Part shown: positions 42,274 through 51,913 of the stretch, piece by piece
Position numbering within the stretch: position 1 is the first letter of the stretch
How the letters are laid out: each line of letters starts with the position of its first letter
Assembly (NCBI GenBank): GCA_051531975.1
Contig: JAOPTT010000010.1
Location: 160,001-224,000, forward strand
Source of the DNA: Spirochaetaceae bacterium
GTDB lineage: Bacteria; Spirochaetota; Spirochaetia; DSM-2461
Length of the DNA: 64,000 nt
Direction: 5' to 3'
The notes under the pieces: model-generated
Told to the model about the DNA's origin: nothing
What the model saw: the letters and a program-made list of their open reading frames with translations, nothing else
Databases searched by the model: none
Made by a program: the position numbers and the translations under genes

Positions 42274-42810
42274 ATGATAATAAAATGGATCGCAAAATTA
42301 GTTATAGCCATCAACTCGAATACAAGACCACTGCATTTAGCACTTGCAATAGCATTTGCCTTTTGGGCAGCAATGGTTCCACCGTCGTTAGTTTGGTTTC
42401 TTTTAATAATATTTGTCTTTTTTATAAAGGTGAATCACTCAATATTTATGGTCTTTTTAGCCATCTTTTCTCTAATTACAAAATATTTAGACGAGATAAG
42501 GCATTCTATTGGGCTATATGTTTTACAAATGGATCAGCTTTACGATTTTTTTGTTAAACTTAAAAACACTCCAATTATTGCATTTAGTCAATTCGACTAT
42601 ACAATTGTATTTGGTGGATTTTTATTTGGCATAGCATGTTTTATTCCAGTTACAATTATTTCTACGATCTTAGTAAAGGTTTATAGAAAGTTTATTAGAG
42701 ACAAAATTGCAAATAGTAAAATAGTTAAAGCATTTGTAAAGTCACCTATTATAGCAAAAATTATCAAGGCTGTTTCTAATACTCGCGAAGCCTATACAAA
42801 GATAGCATAA
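42274..42810 (+). CDS. TIGR03546-family membrane protein
   Basis: INSNTRPLHLALA, TPIIAFSQFDYTIVFGG pattern; paired with the downstream TIGR03545-like gene. ATG at 42274 preferred over TTG at 42238. Confidence 0.75.
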   Translation: MIIKWIAKLVIAINSNTRPLHLALAIAFAFWAAMVPPSLVWFLLIIFVFFIKVNHSIFMVFLAIFSLITKYLDEIRHSIGLYVLQMDQLYDFFVKLKNTPIIAFSQFDYTIVFGGFLFGIACFIPVTIISTILVKVYRKFIRDKIANSKIVKAFVKSPIIAKIIKAVSNTREAYTKIA

Positions 42811-42821
42811 AGGAATATATA

Positions 42822-45113
42822 ATGGCAAAAAAAATAGCAAAACCCTCTGAGAAATCTAAACCACCTATAAAAGTTAAGCCTCCCAAGAAAACGAAACCGC
42901 CTAAAAAAATAAAATCTCCCCAAAAAGCAAAACCACCTAAAAAAGTTAAGGAACCTAAAACTCTAAAAACTTTTAAGACCCCTAAACCTTTTAATAAACC
43001 TATAAAGAAAAAGAAATTTGAAAAGAAGATTCTAAAATATACATATGTAAAAGAGATGAAAAAGTTATTAGAAGAAAACTTTATTTTGAAAGATGGATTT
43101 TACACAACAACTACAAAGTTTACAAAAAAACAGGTTAAACAACTTAAAATAATAAAAAAGACAGTTAAAAAGAATGGTGGAATAATCAAAACTGGGAAAT
43201 TAACATTTATATTAGTATTTGTTGCAGCCCTAGCTATTACATATATATTTTTCTTAAATACTATTGTTGAAAATTTAGTAATATCTAATTTAGAGAAAGC
43301 ATTTGATGATAGGGTAATAATTGAGGATTTTAATTTTGTTCCACACCAGGGTATTGTTAGCTTTTCTTACCTATCTATAGGTGATAAAAATAACGATGAC
43401 AAAAATTTAATTGAAACTGGAGCTGCTGAGTTTAACCTCGGAATTGAGGCTCTATTAACTAAAAAAATTGTAATTGAGAATCTAATGGTTTTAGATCTTG
43501 CTACTGGAACAGAGAGAAAGATACCTAAAGAAATTAAAGAAAATCAAAATGGTTCAGGCTCACCTAATAGTAGTTCTGGAGCAGAAGAAAGTGATCCTGC
43601 TGATAGTGATTCTACATCTCCAACTAGTGACTTTGATAACGTTGTTGACGCTTTGCAGATGGATGTAGGTAGTATTATTGATAAAGAGAGAGAGAATTTA
43701 ACATCTCTGAATTTAGCAGAAAATCTAAAAGAGAAATATCAAGATAAAATTGACTCTTATGCTGCACTAATAGATGACTCTAAAAAGGACATTGATGATA
43801 CAAAAGAGCTTATTAACGATGTTAAGAGTATAGATACAAGTAAGTGGTCAATTGACAAAATAACCCAGATAACAGCAGATATTAACATTGTAAAATCTTC
43901 TATTGAGACAACTAAGAATCTTGGTAGCAAATATTCAGGAACTATAGATGATATTAGCTCAGATATAACAGAATCAACTAACGAAATAGGCTCTATTAAA
44001 GATACTATAGAAGATGATATTGATCATTTAATGTCATTTTTTAATCTAAGTGATAATGGCTTAAAATCAATTGGTTCAGACTTAGTTCAAATGCAATTAC
44101 AGAGATATTTTAAAGATTCCTACCACTTAATTGAAAAAGGTATTACATACTTAAAAAAATTAAAGGAAATTCAGGGAGATAAGGATAAAGAACCTAAACG
44201 GGTACAAAGTAAAGGTCAGCAGATTTACTTTCCATCGGTTAATTATCCACAATTTTTATTAAATACTAGTAGTTTCTCTATGGCTAACGGTTCATTCACA
44301 ATAAATGTAAAAGATGTTAGTACCGATCCAGATATGGTTGGGGCACCAGCAACCTTTGTTGTCCAGAGCATAAATGATGATATAAATGTAAATGCTGATG
44401 GACTTTTTGACATTAGAGAAGAGTCTGAAAATATGTTCTTGGTTAATGCGATGATATCTAAATTACCACTGGATCTTGGTAGTAGTTTAGAAGGCATTGA
44501 AATTGAAGATTTTGATTCAGAAACTGGTATAACTGCAGTTATGTCTATGACTCATAATAACGACATGGTTTCCACAGGTAGTCTAGTATTAAGTAATATT
44601 GAAGTAACATATATTGATGATTTAACCTACTTAGGTAAAATTATTAAGACTGTAATATCATCCTTAGATACTATAGAGGCTAGTTTTGTTGTAGAAATAA
44701 ACTCAGATGGTACTGAAAGCTTTGATGTTGATACTAATTTAGATAGTGTATTTGAAGAAGAGATTGGTAACATTTGGGCTGACTTAAAAGAGCAGGGCCG
44801 AGAAGAAGTTACAAATTTATTAACCGATGAATTAGAACCATATATAACTGAAGCTGAAGAACTATTAAGTGAACTAACTGGTAAAGAGGGTGATCTGAAT
44901 ACTCAGATAGAGGAATTAAAAGATTACGAGGGTATATTAGATGATAAACTTGGGGAGTTTGATGATAAAAAAGCTGAATTGATAAAAGAAGCTGAAGATA
45001 AATTAAAGGCTCTAATCCCTGAAGAGATAACAGAGATTATACCTATTGAGATTCCAAAAGAAATACCTAAAGAAATACCTAAAATTGAGCTACCTAAAAA
45101 GTTCTCATTTTAA
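42822..45113 (+). CDS. TIGR03545-family (AsmA-like) protein
   Basis: TM anchor followed by AsmA-like N-region, helical middle, GQQIYFP motif and beta-rich region; Lys/Pro-rich N-terminal extension. Confidence 0.7.
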   Translation: MAKKIAKPSEKSKPPIKVKPPKKTKPPKKIKSPQKAKPPKKVKEPKTLKTFKTPKPFNKPIKKKKFEKKILKYTYVKEMKKLLEENFILKDGFYTTTTKFTKKQVKQLKIIKKTVKKNGGIIKTGKLTFILVFVAALAITYIFFLNTIVENLVISNLEKAFDDRVIIEDFNFVPHQGIVSFSYLSIGDKNNDDKNLIETGAAEFNLGIEALLTKKIVIENLMVLDLATGTERKIPKEIKENQNGSGSPNSSSGAEESDPADSDSTSPTSDFDNVVDALQMDVGSIIDKERENLTSLNLAENLKEKYQDKIDSYAALIDDSKKDIDDTKELINDVKSIDTSKWSIDKITQITADINIVKSSIETTKNLGSKYSGTIDDISSDITESTNEIGSIKDTIEDDIDHLMSFFNLSDNGLKSIGSDLVQMQLQRYFKDSYHLIEKGITYLKKLKEIQGDKDKEPKRVQSKGQQIYFPSVNYPQFLLNTSSFSMANGSFTINVKDVSTDPDMVGAPATFVVQSINDDINVNADGLFDIREESENMFLVNAMISKLPLDLGSSLEGIEIEDFDSETGITAVMSMTHNNDMVSTGSLVLSNIEVTYIDDLTYLGKIIKTVISSLDTIEASFVVEINSDGTESFDVDTNLDSVFEEEIGNIWADLKEQGREEVTNLLTDELEPYITEAEELLSELTGKEGDLNTQIEELKDYEGILDDKLGEFDDKKAELIKEAEDKLKALIPEEITEIIPIEIPKEIPKEIPKIELPKKFSF

Positions 45114-46004
45114 TACTTTAGGTTTACTGTAGTAAATAATAATTGATATAGCTACAATTATCATACCAGCTATAGCTTTAACATTGGGGGAGTCATTTGG
45201 CATTATAATCCAGCCTAAGATTCCTCCAGCTACAGGCATAATAAACTTCCAGATATTCATACTAATTAAACTCTCTTTTCTTTTTGCTAATAAGTGGTAC
45301 CACATAGAGAATCCTGCAGCCGATACAAAAATTAACCACCCTAGAGCGATGTAAAACTTTATAGGTAAAATAAATGTAATATCTTGGTACAAAAAAAGTG
45401 ACATAATAAATAGTGTAAGTCCACCCATTATTAATTGAGCAGAAGTTAAAACCGATGGTTTAATTCCTGTTTTATATTTTAAAACAAATACATTACTAAA
45501 CGCACCAGCAATTGAGCTTAAGATAAAAAGAATAATACCAATAGTCTCAGTTGGGTCTGGTAACGAACCATTTTTGCCACCACCTAAAGATACAACAGTA
45601 ACTCCAGTAACCCCTAATATAAAACTAAAGACCTTTTTTTTGGTAAAAACCTCTGTCGATACAAAGAAGTGTCCTAAAATAGCCCCTATCATCGGTCCAA
45701 GACCAACTAGGGCTGCACCTGTTGATGCTTTTATTCGATCCAGAGCTAAAAAATATAAAAAGTAGACACATACTGTTTGCAATAGTCCAACAATAGCAAT
45801 TATTTTAAAGTGATCTTTAACTTCGGTTAAATACCCTTTTGTTCCTGCAAAGGGTATTAATATAAGTCCAGCTAATAAAAACCTTACACCAGCAATAAAT
45901 ATTGGTTGTGCAAATGTTAAAGCGTATTTAACTCCAACAAATGCAGTTGACCACAATAGACAGGCAAGAAGTGCAAGAGTCCAACTAGGAACCCTATATT
46001 TCAC
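45105..46004 (-). CDS. DMT/EamA family transporter
   Basis: About 10 TM helices; LWSTAFVGVK, RFLLAG; two EamA halves. Confidence 0.88.
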   Translation of the reverse strand: MKYRVPSWTLALLACLLWSTAFVGVKYALTFAQPIFIAGVRFLLAGLILIPFAGTKGYLTEVKDHFKIIAIVGLLQTVCVYFLYFLALDRIKASTGAALVGLGPMIGAILGHFFVSTEVFTKKKVFSFILGVTGVTVVSLGGGKNGSLPDPTETIGIILFILSSIAGAFSNVFVLKYKTGIKPSVLTSAQLIMGGLTLFIMSLFLYQDITFILPIKFYIALGWLIFVSAAGFSMWYHLLAKRKESLISMNIWKFIMPVAGGILGWIIMPNDSPNVKAIAGMIIVAISIIIYYSKPKVLK

Positions 46005-47769
46005 GGGTTTTTGTCTCTAACCACTTAATCTCTTCCGGCTCTAAATATGGTTCTAATCTATCTTGAACCTGGGTATGGTAAGTATTTATCCAGTTTAATT
46101 CCTCTTCTGTTAGTAGGTCTGGGTCAATTAAGTTTATATCGTATGGGTACAGGGTTAACGTTTCAAATTCGTAGAACTTCTGATCAACTCCCTGGGATGA
46201 AAACTTTGTTAATACAAGGTTCTCAATTCTAATACCATGTTTTCCCTCTATATAAAGTCCAGGTTCGTTAGATGTAATCATTCCCTCTTTAAGTTCAGCC
46301 TTAAAACTTTTTGGTGAGATATTTTGAGGCCCTTCGTGGACACCTAAAAAGTACCCTACTCCGTGACCAGTTCCATGTCCAAAGTTTAAACCATAATCCC
46401 AAAGTGGTTGTCTTGCTAATACATCTAGCTGTCCACCTTTTGTACCCTCTGGGTATTTACACATATTAAGTTTTAGATGGCCTTTTAATACAAGAGTATA
46501 GTGTAGGATCTCCTCTACTGTTGGTTTACCTAACGTTATAGTTCTTGTTATATCTGTAGTCCCCTGGTAATACTGCCCTCCAGAGTCTATTAGTAGAAGC
46601 CCCTCTGGACCTATTGTTAATGCTGAATCTTCTTCTGCACTATAATGACAAAGAGCACCATTACTTCTGTAACCTATAATTGGATCAAAACTTTCATCAA
46701 CACAGCCATCCATAGATAACCTGGCCTCTCTCAGCATAGGGGCAAGAGAATATTCGGTAAAAGTTTCTGTAGCTCTTTTTTCATTAAAAGCTTTAAAAAA
46801 CTTAACTAAAGCAGCTCCATCTTTCTCCATTGCAATTCTTACGTTTGCGATCTCTGTACTATTTTTAATTGACTTTAGATCTTCTGTTATATCCATACCA
46901 GTTTTAACATTACAAATATCTGGGATTAATCCAGATAAAAAGCAATTAACACTTTCTGCCATAAAATAAACAGTAGAATCACTTTTAAGCTTTACTATTG
47001 AATCTGCAATATCTGTATAGCTAGAAATAGTTACTCCACTTTTTTCTAATGATGATTTAACACCCATTGGTAATTTTTTATCATCAATAAATAAATTTAC
47101 ACTTTGGGAGTAGATTATGGCATAACTAATAGCTAGAGGAGTATAATCTACATCTGCAGCTCTAATATTAAATAACCAGGCAATATCAGCTAAAGAGGAG
47201 ATAATGTAAGAATCTACTTTTTTATCCTTCATTATAGATTGAACCCTGGATATTTTGTCGATTGTAGACTCTCCAGAATATTTAACATCAAGTTCAAATA
47301 CCTCAGATGCTGCATTAGCAGGTCTATCTGTCCATAATATAGTGGAATCAAACTCTTTGTTAAAAGTAATACCCTTTTCATCAAACCTGTTTTTATACTC
47401 AGTATAACTAGATGTTGGAAAAAGTGTTCCATCAATTCCAATAACATCCCCTGAATTTAATGATGATTCTAGAAATTCAGTAATAGTTGGAACATCTTTG
47501 TTACCCATTTTATATAGTTTAATCTCAGAACCATCTAATTGTTCTGAAGCTTGTATGAAATATCTAAAATCAGTCCATAATCCAGACTCTTTTAATGTTA
47601 TAACCAGTGTTCCTGCACTTCCAGTAAACTCTGAGTACCAGCCTCTTGTTTTCCAGTGCCCATGTACATATTCGCTTGAATGAGGATCAGTGCTAGGAAT
47701 AATAACAGCAGCGATACCTTCGTTTTTCATTATTTCTCGTAGTTTTAATAGTTTTTCTTCTCTGTTCAT
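45994..47769 (-). CDS. Xaa-Pro aminopeptidase (aminopeptidase P, M24B)
   Basis: DPHSSEY, FTGSAG, DSGGQY..GTTDITRT, HGTGHGVG, VHEGP, SNEPG, GIRIEN. Confidence 0.94.
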   Translation of the reverse strand: MNREEKLLKLREIMKNEGIAAVIIPSTDPHSSEYVHGHWKTRGWYSEFTGSAGTLVITLKESGLWTDFRYFIQASEQLDGSEIKLYKMGNKDVPTITEFLESSLNSGDVIGIDGTLFPTSSYTEYKNRFDEKGITFNKEFDSTILWTDRPANAASEVFELDVKYSGESTIDKISRVQSIMKDKKVDSYIISSLADIAWLFNIRAADVDYTPLAISYAIIYSQSVNLFIDDKKLPMGVKSSLEKSGVTISSYTDIADSIVKLKSDSTVYFMAESVNCFLSGLIPDICNVKTGMDITEDLKSIKNSTEIANVRIAMEKDGAALVKFFKAFNEKRATETFTEYSLAPMLREARLSMDGCVDESFDPIIGYRSNGALCHYSAEEDSALTIGPEGLLLIDSGGQYYQGTTDITRTITLGKPTVEEILHYTLVLKGHLKLNMCKYPEGTKGGQLDVLARQPLWDYGLNFGHGTGHGVGYFLGVHEGPQNISPKSFKAELKEGMITSNEPGLYIEGKHGIRIENLVLTKFSSQGVDQKFYEFETLTLYPYDINLIDPDLLTEEELNWINTYHTQVQDRLEPYLEPEEIKWLETKTREI

Positions 47770-47833
47770 AAGCTACAATAACACAATTGTTATTAAGGAA
47801 AAATAAAAAAGTAATTTTTTTTACACTTTTCGC

Positions 47834-47860
47834 TAAAGTCCAGACGCTCAAATCCGATAC
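47834..47860 (+). promoter_or_regulatory. Sigma-28 (FliA)-type promoter
   Basis: TAAA (47834-47837)-N15-TCCGATAC (47853-47860) versus consensus TAAA-N15-GCCGATAA. Confidence 0.7.
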
Positions 47861-47867
47861 TAATATT

Positions 47868-48038
47868 GTAACGCACAATGTCCCCTCCAAAGTGATATAA
47901 GTGTTGCCTAAGTCATTGTCTTATTTGCCTAATGATAATGATTAAACTACTAGTGAGTCTTCCCTCCCAAAAGACGACTTATGAAATAGTTGGATTATAT
48001 AAACCCCAGCTTTGCCTGAGCTGGGGTTTACTCTTTTA
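47868..48038 (+). ncRNA. Putative four-hairpin small RNA with alternating CCCUCC / UUGCCU loops
   Basis: Four consecutive stem-loops; G-U pairs are consistent only with the + strand; starts 7 nt after the sigma-28 -10 and ends in a 12-bp GC-rich terminator hairpin. Confidence 0.65.
48000..48038 (+). terminator. Intrinsic terminator (3' hairpin of the putative sRNA)
   Basis: TAAACCCCAGCT-ttgcctg-AGCTGGGGTTTA perfect 12-bp stem followed by CTCTTTT. Confidence 0.8.
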
Positions 48039-48142
48039 TAAGCATGTTTAAATCTTGAAGATGTTAACTTCTTGGCTAACTTTATCTTTAATTCTAAATT
48101 TATATAATTTTTTCTCCTATAGATAATACAGAGGAGTAAAAA

Positions 48143-51100
48143 ATGTCTACAAAACAAAAAATCTGGGTGTTTTTATACCTACTACTATCTATTCCTTTAT
48201 TTGCAAAATCAGAAACTGAAACAATCTATAATGCAGATCTACAGATTTTAGATGGGACTACAACTACCCAGGAAATTAAGCTGTTAAGAGGTTTTAGTAA
48301 TGGTGTTATTGAAATTAAACTAAAACCTAAAGGTATACTCAAAGACTTTTATATTTTTAATAAGGAAGAATCTGATACAGAGTATCTTGTTAATTCTGAT
48401 CTAGATTTTGAAAGTAATGAAGATGAGATAAACTTAGAAATTATTAGTGTTAAAAGTATTACATATTCTGGTGATTTAACAATTTTAAAATATAAACCTA
48501 AAACAGTAACACTAAATTATTCAGATCAAGTAATAACTAAAGCAATATGGTTAATAGATAAAGATAACGTAGATAAATCTTTCCAGATAGAGTTAAAAAT
48601 AAATCCATCTATAGATATAAATTTAGAAGAGACTGTAACCCCGGAACAAATGGAAACCTACCTAATAAGAAACCCAGCTGCTAAAAGGTTTCTAAAAAAA
48701 CAATTAATGGGCAGTACGACTTTTAGTCCAACATCTACTAACCCATTTCCAATTGCAAATATAACAAATGAGAAATTCTATAAAGTCTCTTCAGAGTTAT
48801 TTAATAGTAAGATGATAATTAAAAGAGAGCTAGAGAGAACAGATATAAATTATTTTGACTCTATTTATAACAATACTATTAGTAGTAATTCTGAGTTTGC
48901 TGATTCTATAATTCAAAGATTGTTACGTATTTATTTCAATAAAAACAAACCACTATTCCACAGCTATATAAATAACTTTATGGAGTATAAGTTTGATTAC
49001 AATCAGTATGAAAAACTTACTGCAATACAGGGAAAAGAGTTAGCAGATAGTGCTTTAAAGTACTTAACCTGGGGAGTAGAATATACTAACGATGTAAATT
49101 ATAGAGAGTTATCCTCAGGGTCTAAGTTCCCATCTGAAATTATTAAAAATTCACCAACACTACAACAGTGGTTATCTGGGGTACAAGTTGAACTAGAAAC
49201 AAATCAAACAGGTGAAATAGTGAACTCTTTAGACCCTACTTATACTAGTGAACAAATAGAATATTTTAAAACAATTATCAGAGAGAGAAACTTAAATATA
49301 ACAACTCCTTTTAACTCTATAACTGGTTCATCCCTACCCTATGCTAAAGATGGTATAGATAACCCTAGAACCTTTAACTACAAGTTATTAAGACAAAAAG
49401 AGGTAATAAAAAGAGTTTTTAATAGGTTTAAATACAGAACATATGGTAAAAATGGCAAAGTAAATCCTACTCTGTTTAGCTTTAAATCAAGTGGTGTATC
49501 TACTCCTAAGATCTCTGATTATTACTTTTTTTTAAACGATGGAACAACTAATCTTAACAGTGATAGTCCATTCTTCCCTGGGTTAACCGATGATAATAGT
49601 TATAAAGGTTTAAATATAACTGGTGTTGATAGTTTAGGTCTTTTATCTGGAGCACTTAGTAAAACTACATATAAAGATGATATTTTAGGTTTAGACAATG
49701 AATCTAAGTTAGAAGAATTAGATAGTTATTATAGAACAACTATTCCTACTTTTAAAATAAATCCAGAAACTAATATAGATTACATGAGACTTTCAAGGTT
49801 TGATTTAGAACGAACAACTGTAATTGTACCAGATTTAAATAAAATACAGGTTGGAGACTTACTAGTTAAAGGTTTAGATAGTACAGAGATTGCAATAGTT
49901 ATCGATGTAGGGGTTCAAAGCAGTACTAACAGTTTTGATATCGGTAAAGTATTAGTTTTATCGGTAACTAAGGATAATGGTAGAGTTTCTCTAAATTATT
50001 GGGGTAATAGTGGTAATAACTACAGTTTTACAACGGAACCTAAAAACTTTATCCTACGTAGGTTAATAAAGTTTAACAGGACTGAAGAGAACCCAGAGAT
50101 TAATACTTTTACCAGAGATGATTCAGAAGCTGATACATGGGATCCTTTTGTTTTCCAACCAGAACCATTAGTAACCCAGTTTGATATAAATTCATTACAA
50201 AATAACAGCCGTTGGATTCCAAATACTGGAGAACTATTTCAACTGAATTCAATAAAAATTGGATATAATGATGACGCTGGAATATTTACTGAGATCGATG
50301 AATCAAATATTTCTGTAATAATAGAACCTCCATCTGACCTGAACTTTACTGTAGAATCTAAAACTACAAATATATTAAATAACAGAGGTGATGGTTTTGC
50401 TTTTTATGCAGTTAAACACAGAAAATTATTTGGAAGAAAATACTACGATGCTGTTAGACTTGCAACTTTTACAATAAACCCAATGGCTACAAACCAAAGT
50501 GATAACTACTTAATATCCTATGATGATGACATATTTACAGAGGAAGGTTTATGCAGAGTTCCTTACAAATTAGTATATGTTAAAAATGTAGGTTTAACTT
50601 TTAAAACAGGTCGGACCGAAGACTATACCCAGTTTGCAATTAGGCCACTAGAGCAGAATATAAGAACCGGGGATGATATCCTATTAAACTTTACACTACA
50701 AATAGAAAATAACTATGTCCCTGTTAAAACTGAGGATAAAAACTTTTTAGGTGTTTATGATGAAAAACTTCTATGGAGAGCTAACTTATACATTGATGAT
50801 CCAGGTAGAGATTGGAATAATATTAACCCTTGGAACTCACCACAAACAAGTAATGATGCAGAAATATATGGCCCAATACTAGATAATAATGTTACAAAAA
50901 GGTTCTTTAAAAACAACAGATCTTCAACTATTGATAGAGTATGGTATGGTCCAAATCTATGGAATACTCCCCCAGAGAACTACAATAAAATAAAAGGTGG
51001 GCAGATAATAAAAATTGTTAAATATTCCAATATATTTGGTGGGGATACCCCTTATTCTGTGGCATATAGCTACCCTGATACAGCTAGTACAAAAAATGGA

Positions 51101-51901
51101 CGAGACACTCCTTTTGACTTTAACAATAAATTAAATGAGCAAAAGAAACTTTTAGAAGATGCTTACAATTCTGGAGGTATAAAATTGTCTACCACACCAA
51201 ACAATACTTCCCCATGGACTAAGATAACCCCACCAAAAGAAAAGTGGTCGAACTATCTGACAAACGATGCTACCATAGGTGACAATAGTTACACACCATA
51301 TCTGCCTGGGCTTGGTTTAATAGAGTGGTATAGTAAAAATACAAACATACAGGCAAGCACACAGTTTATAAATAGTATTTATGTAGGAAATGGGCTTGGT
51401 ATTGGTAAATATAAAGAGGTTAAGTGGCCAAAGAGGTTTGCAGGTACGGACTGCATTGGCTTTGCACAGAATGCAGCAAACATAGACCAGTATAAGTGGA
51501 ATATCCCACCAACCGGCAACAGCAGTTACACTTCAACACCAATATTCAGAACCTACCCCAGAACAAAGGAAGATGCAGAGCTAGGCTCATGGACAGCATT
51601 CTCTGATTTCATTGTGGGGAAGTCTAATACTGAGGTTGATGATGATGACGATTATATAATTAAAGGTAATATAAATAGCGTTAAACCAGGAGATATTTTT
51701 TATCATATAGGAATTCCAAATTCTCCACAAAGTGGAAGTGGAAAACATGTGGGTATTGTACTTAGTATAGAAAATAACAATCTAAAAATAATTGAAAGTA
51801 CATATAACGAAGGCGATAGTAACTTATCATATGTGATTGATACTAGAAATTTAGCATACTACAATCACAAACATTGGCGTTTAGTAAGATTAAAAAAGTA
51901 A
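48143..51901 (+). CDS. Large secreted protein with two NlpC/P60-like (papain-fold) domains; C-terminal one putatively catalytic
   Basis: Sec signal peptide; C-terminal GTDCIGFAQ...VKPGDIFY...HVGIV...IIEST; internal degenerate copy GVDSLGLLS...IQVGDLLV...EIAIV. Confidence 0.7.
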   Translation: MSTKQKIWVFLYLLLSIPLFAKSETETIYNADLQILDGTTTTQEIKLLRGFSNGVIEIKLKPKGILKDFYIFNKEESDTEYLVNSDLDFESNEDEINLEIISVKSITYSGDLTILKYKPKTVTLNYSDQVITKAIWLIDKDNVDKSFQIELKINPSIDINLEETVTPEQMETYLIRNPAAKRFLKKQLMGSTTFSPTSTNPFPIANITNEKFYKVSSELFNSKMIIKRELERTDINYFDSIYNNTISSNSEFADSIIQRLLRIYFNKNKPLFHSYINNFMEYKFDYNQYEKLTAIQGKELADSALKYLTWGVEYTNDVNYRELSSGSKFPSEIIKNSPTLQQWLSGVQVELETNQTGEIVNSLDPTYTSEQIEYFKTIIRERNLNITTPFNSITGSSLPYAKDGIDNPRTFNYKLLRQKEVIKRVFNRFKYRTYGKNGKVNPTLFSFKSSGVSTPKISDYYFFLNDGTTNLNSDSPFFPGLTDDNSYKGLNITGVDSLGLLSGALSKTTYKDDILGLDNESKLEELDSYYRTTIPTFKINPETNIDYMRLSRFDLERTTVIVPDLNKIQVGDLLVKGLDSTEIAIVIDVGVQSSTNSFDIGKVLVLSVTKDNGRVSLNYWGNSGNNYSFTTEPKNFILRRLIKFNRTEENPEINTFTRDDSEADTWDPFVFQPEPLVTQFDINSLQNNSRWIPNTGELFQLNSIKIGYNDDAGIFTEIDESNISVIIEPPSDLNFTVESKTTNILNNRGDGFAFYAVKHRKLFGRKYYDAVRLATFTINPMATNQSDNYLISYDDDIFTEEGLCRVPYKLVYVKNVGLTFKTGRTEDYTQFAIRPLEQNIRTGDDILLNFTLQIENNYVPVKTEDKNFLGVYDEKLLWRANLYIDDPGRDWNNINPWNSPQTSNDAEIYGPILDNNVTKRFFKNNRSSTIDRVWYGPNLWNTPPENYNKIKGGQIIKIVKYSNIFGGDTPYSVAYSYPDTASTKNGRDTPFDFNNKLNEQKKLLEDAYNSGGIKLSTTPNNTSPWTKITPPKEKWSNYLTNDATIGDNSYTPYLPGLGLIEWYSKNTNIQASTQFINSIYVGNGLGIGKYKEVKWPKRFAGTDCIGFAQNAANIDQYKWNIPPTGNSSYTSTPIFRTYPRTKEDAELGSWTAFSDFIVGKSNTEVDDDDDYIIKGNINSVKPGDIFYHIGIPNSPQSGSGKHVGIVLSIENNNLKIIESTYNEGDSNLSYVIDTRNLAYYNHKHWRLVRLKK

Positions 51902-51913
51902 AAGAAGGGAATT

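Noticed and set aside
47693..48157. Minus-strand ORFs 47693-47890 and 47942-48157, or a minus-strand CsrB-like RNA with GGA loops
   Set aside because: The ORFs lack motifs and overlap neighbouring genes; G-U pairs, promoter and terminator all point to a + strand RNA.
51200..51901. Diversity-generating retroelement variable region
   Set aside because: No reverse transcriptase and no template repeat differing at adenines visible in this window.
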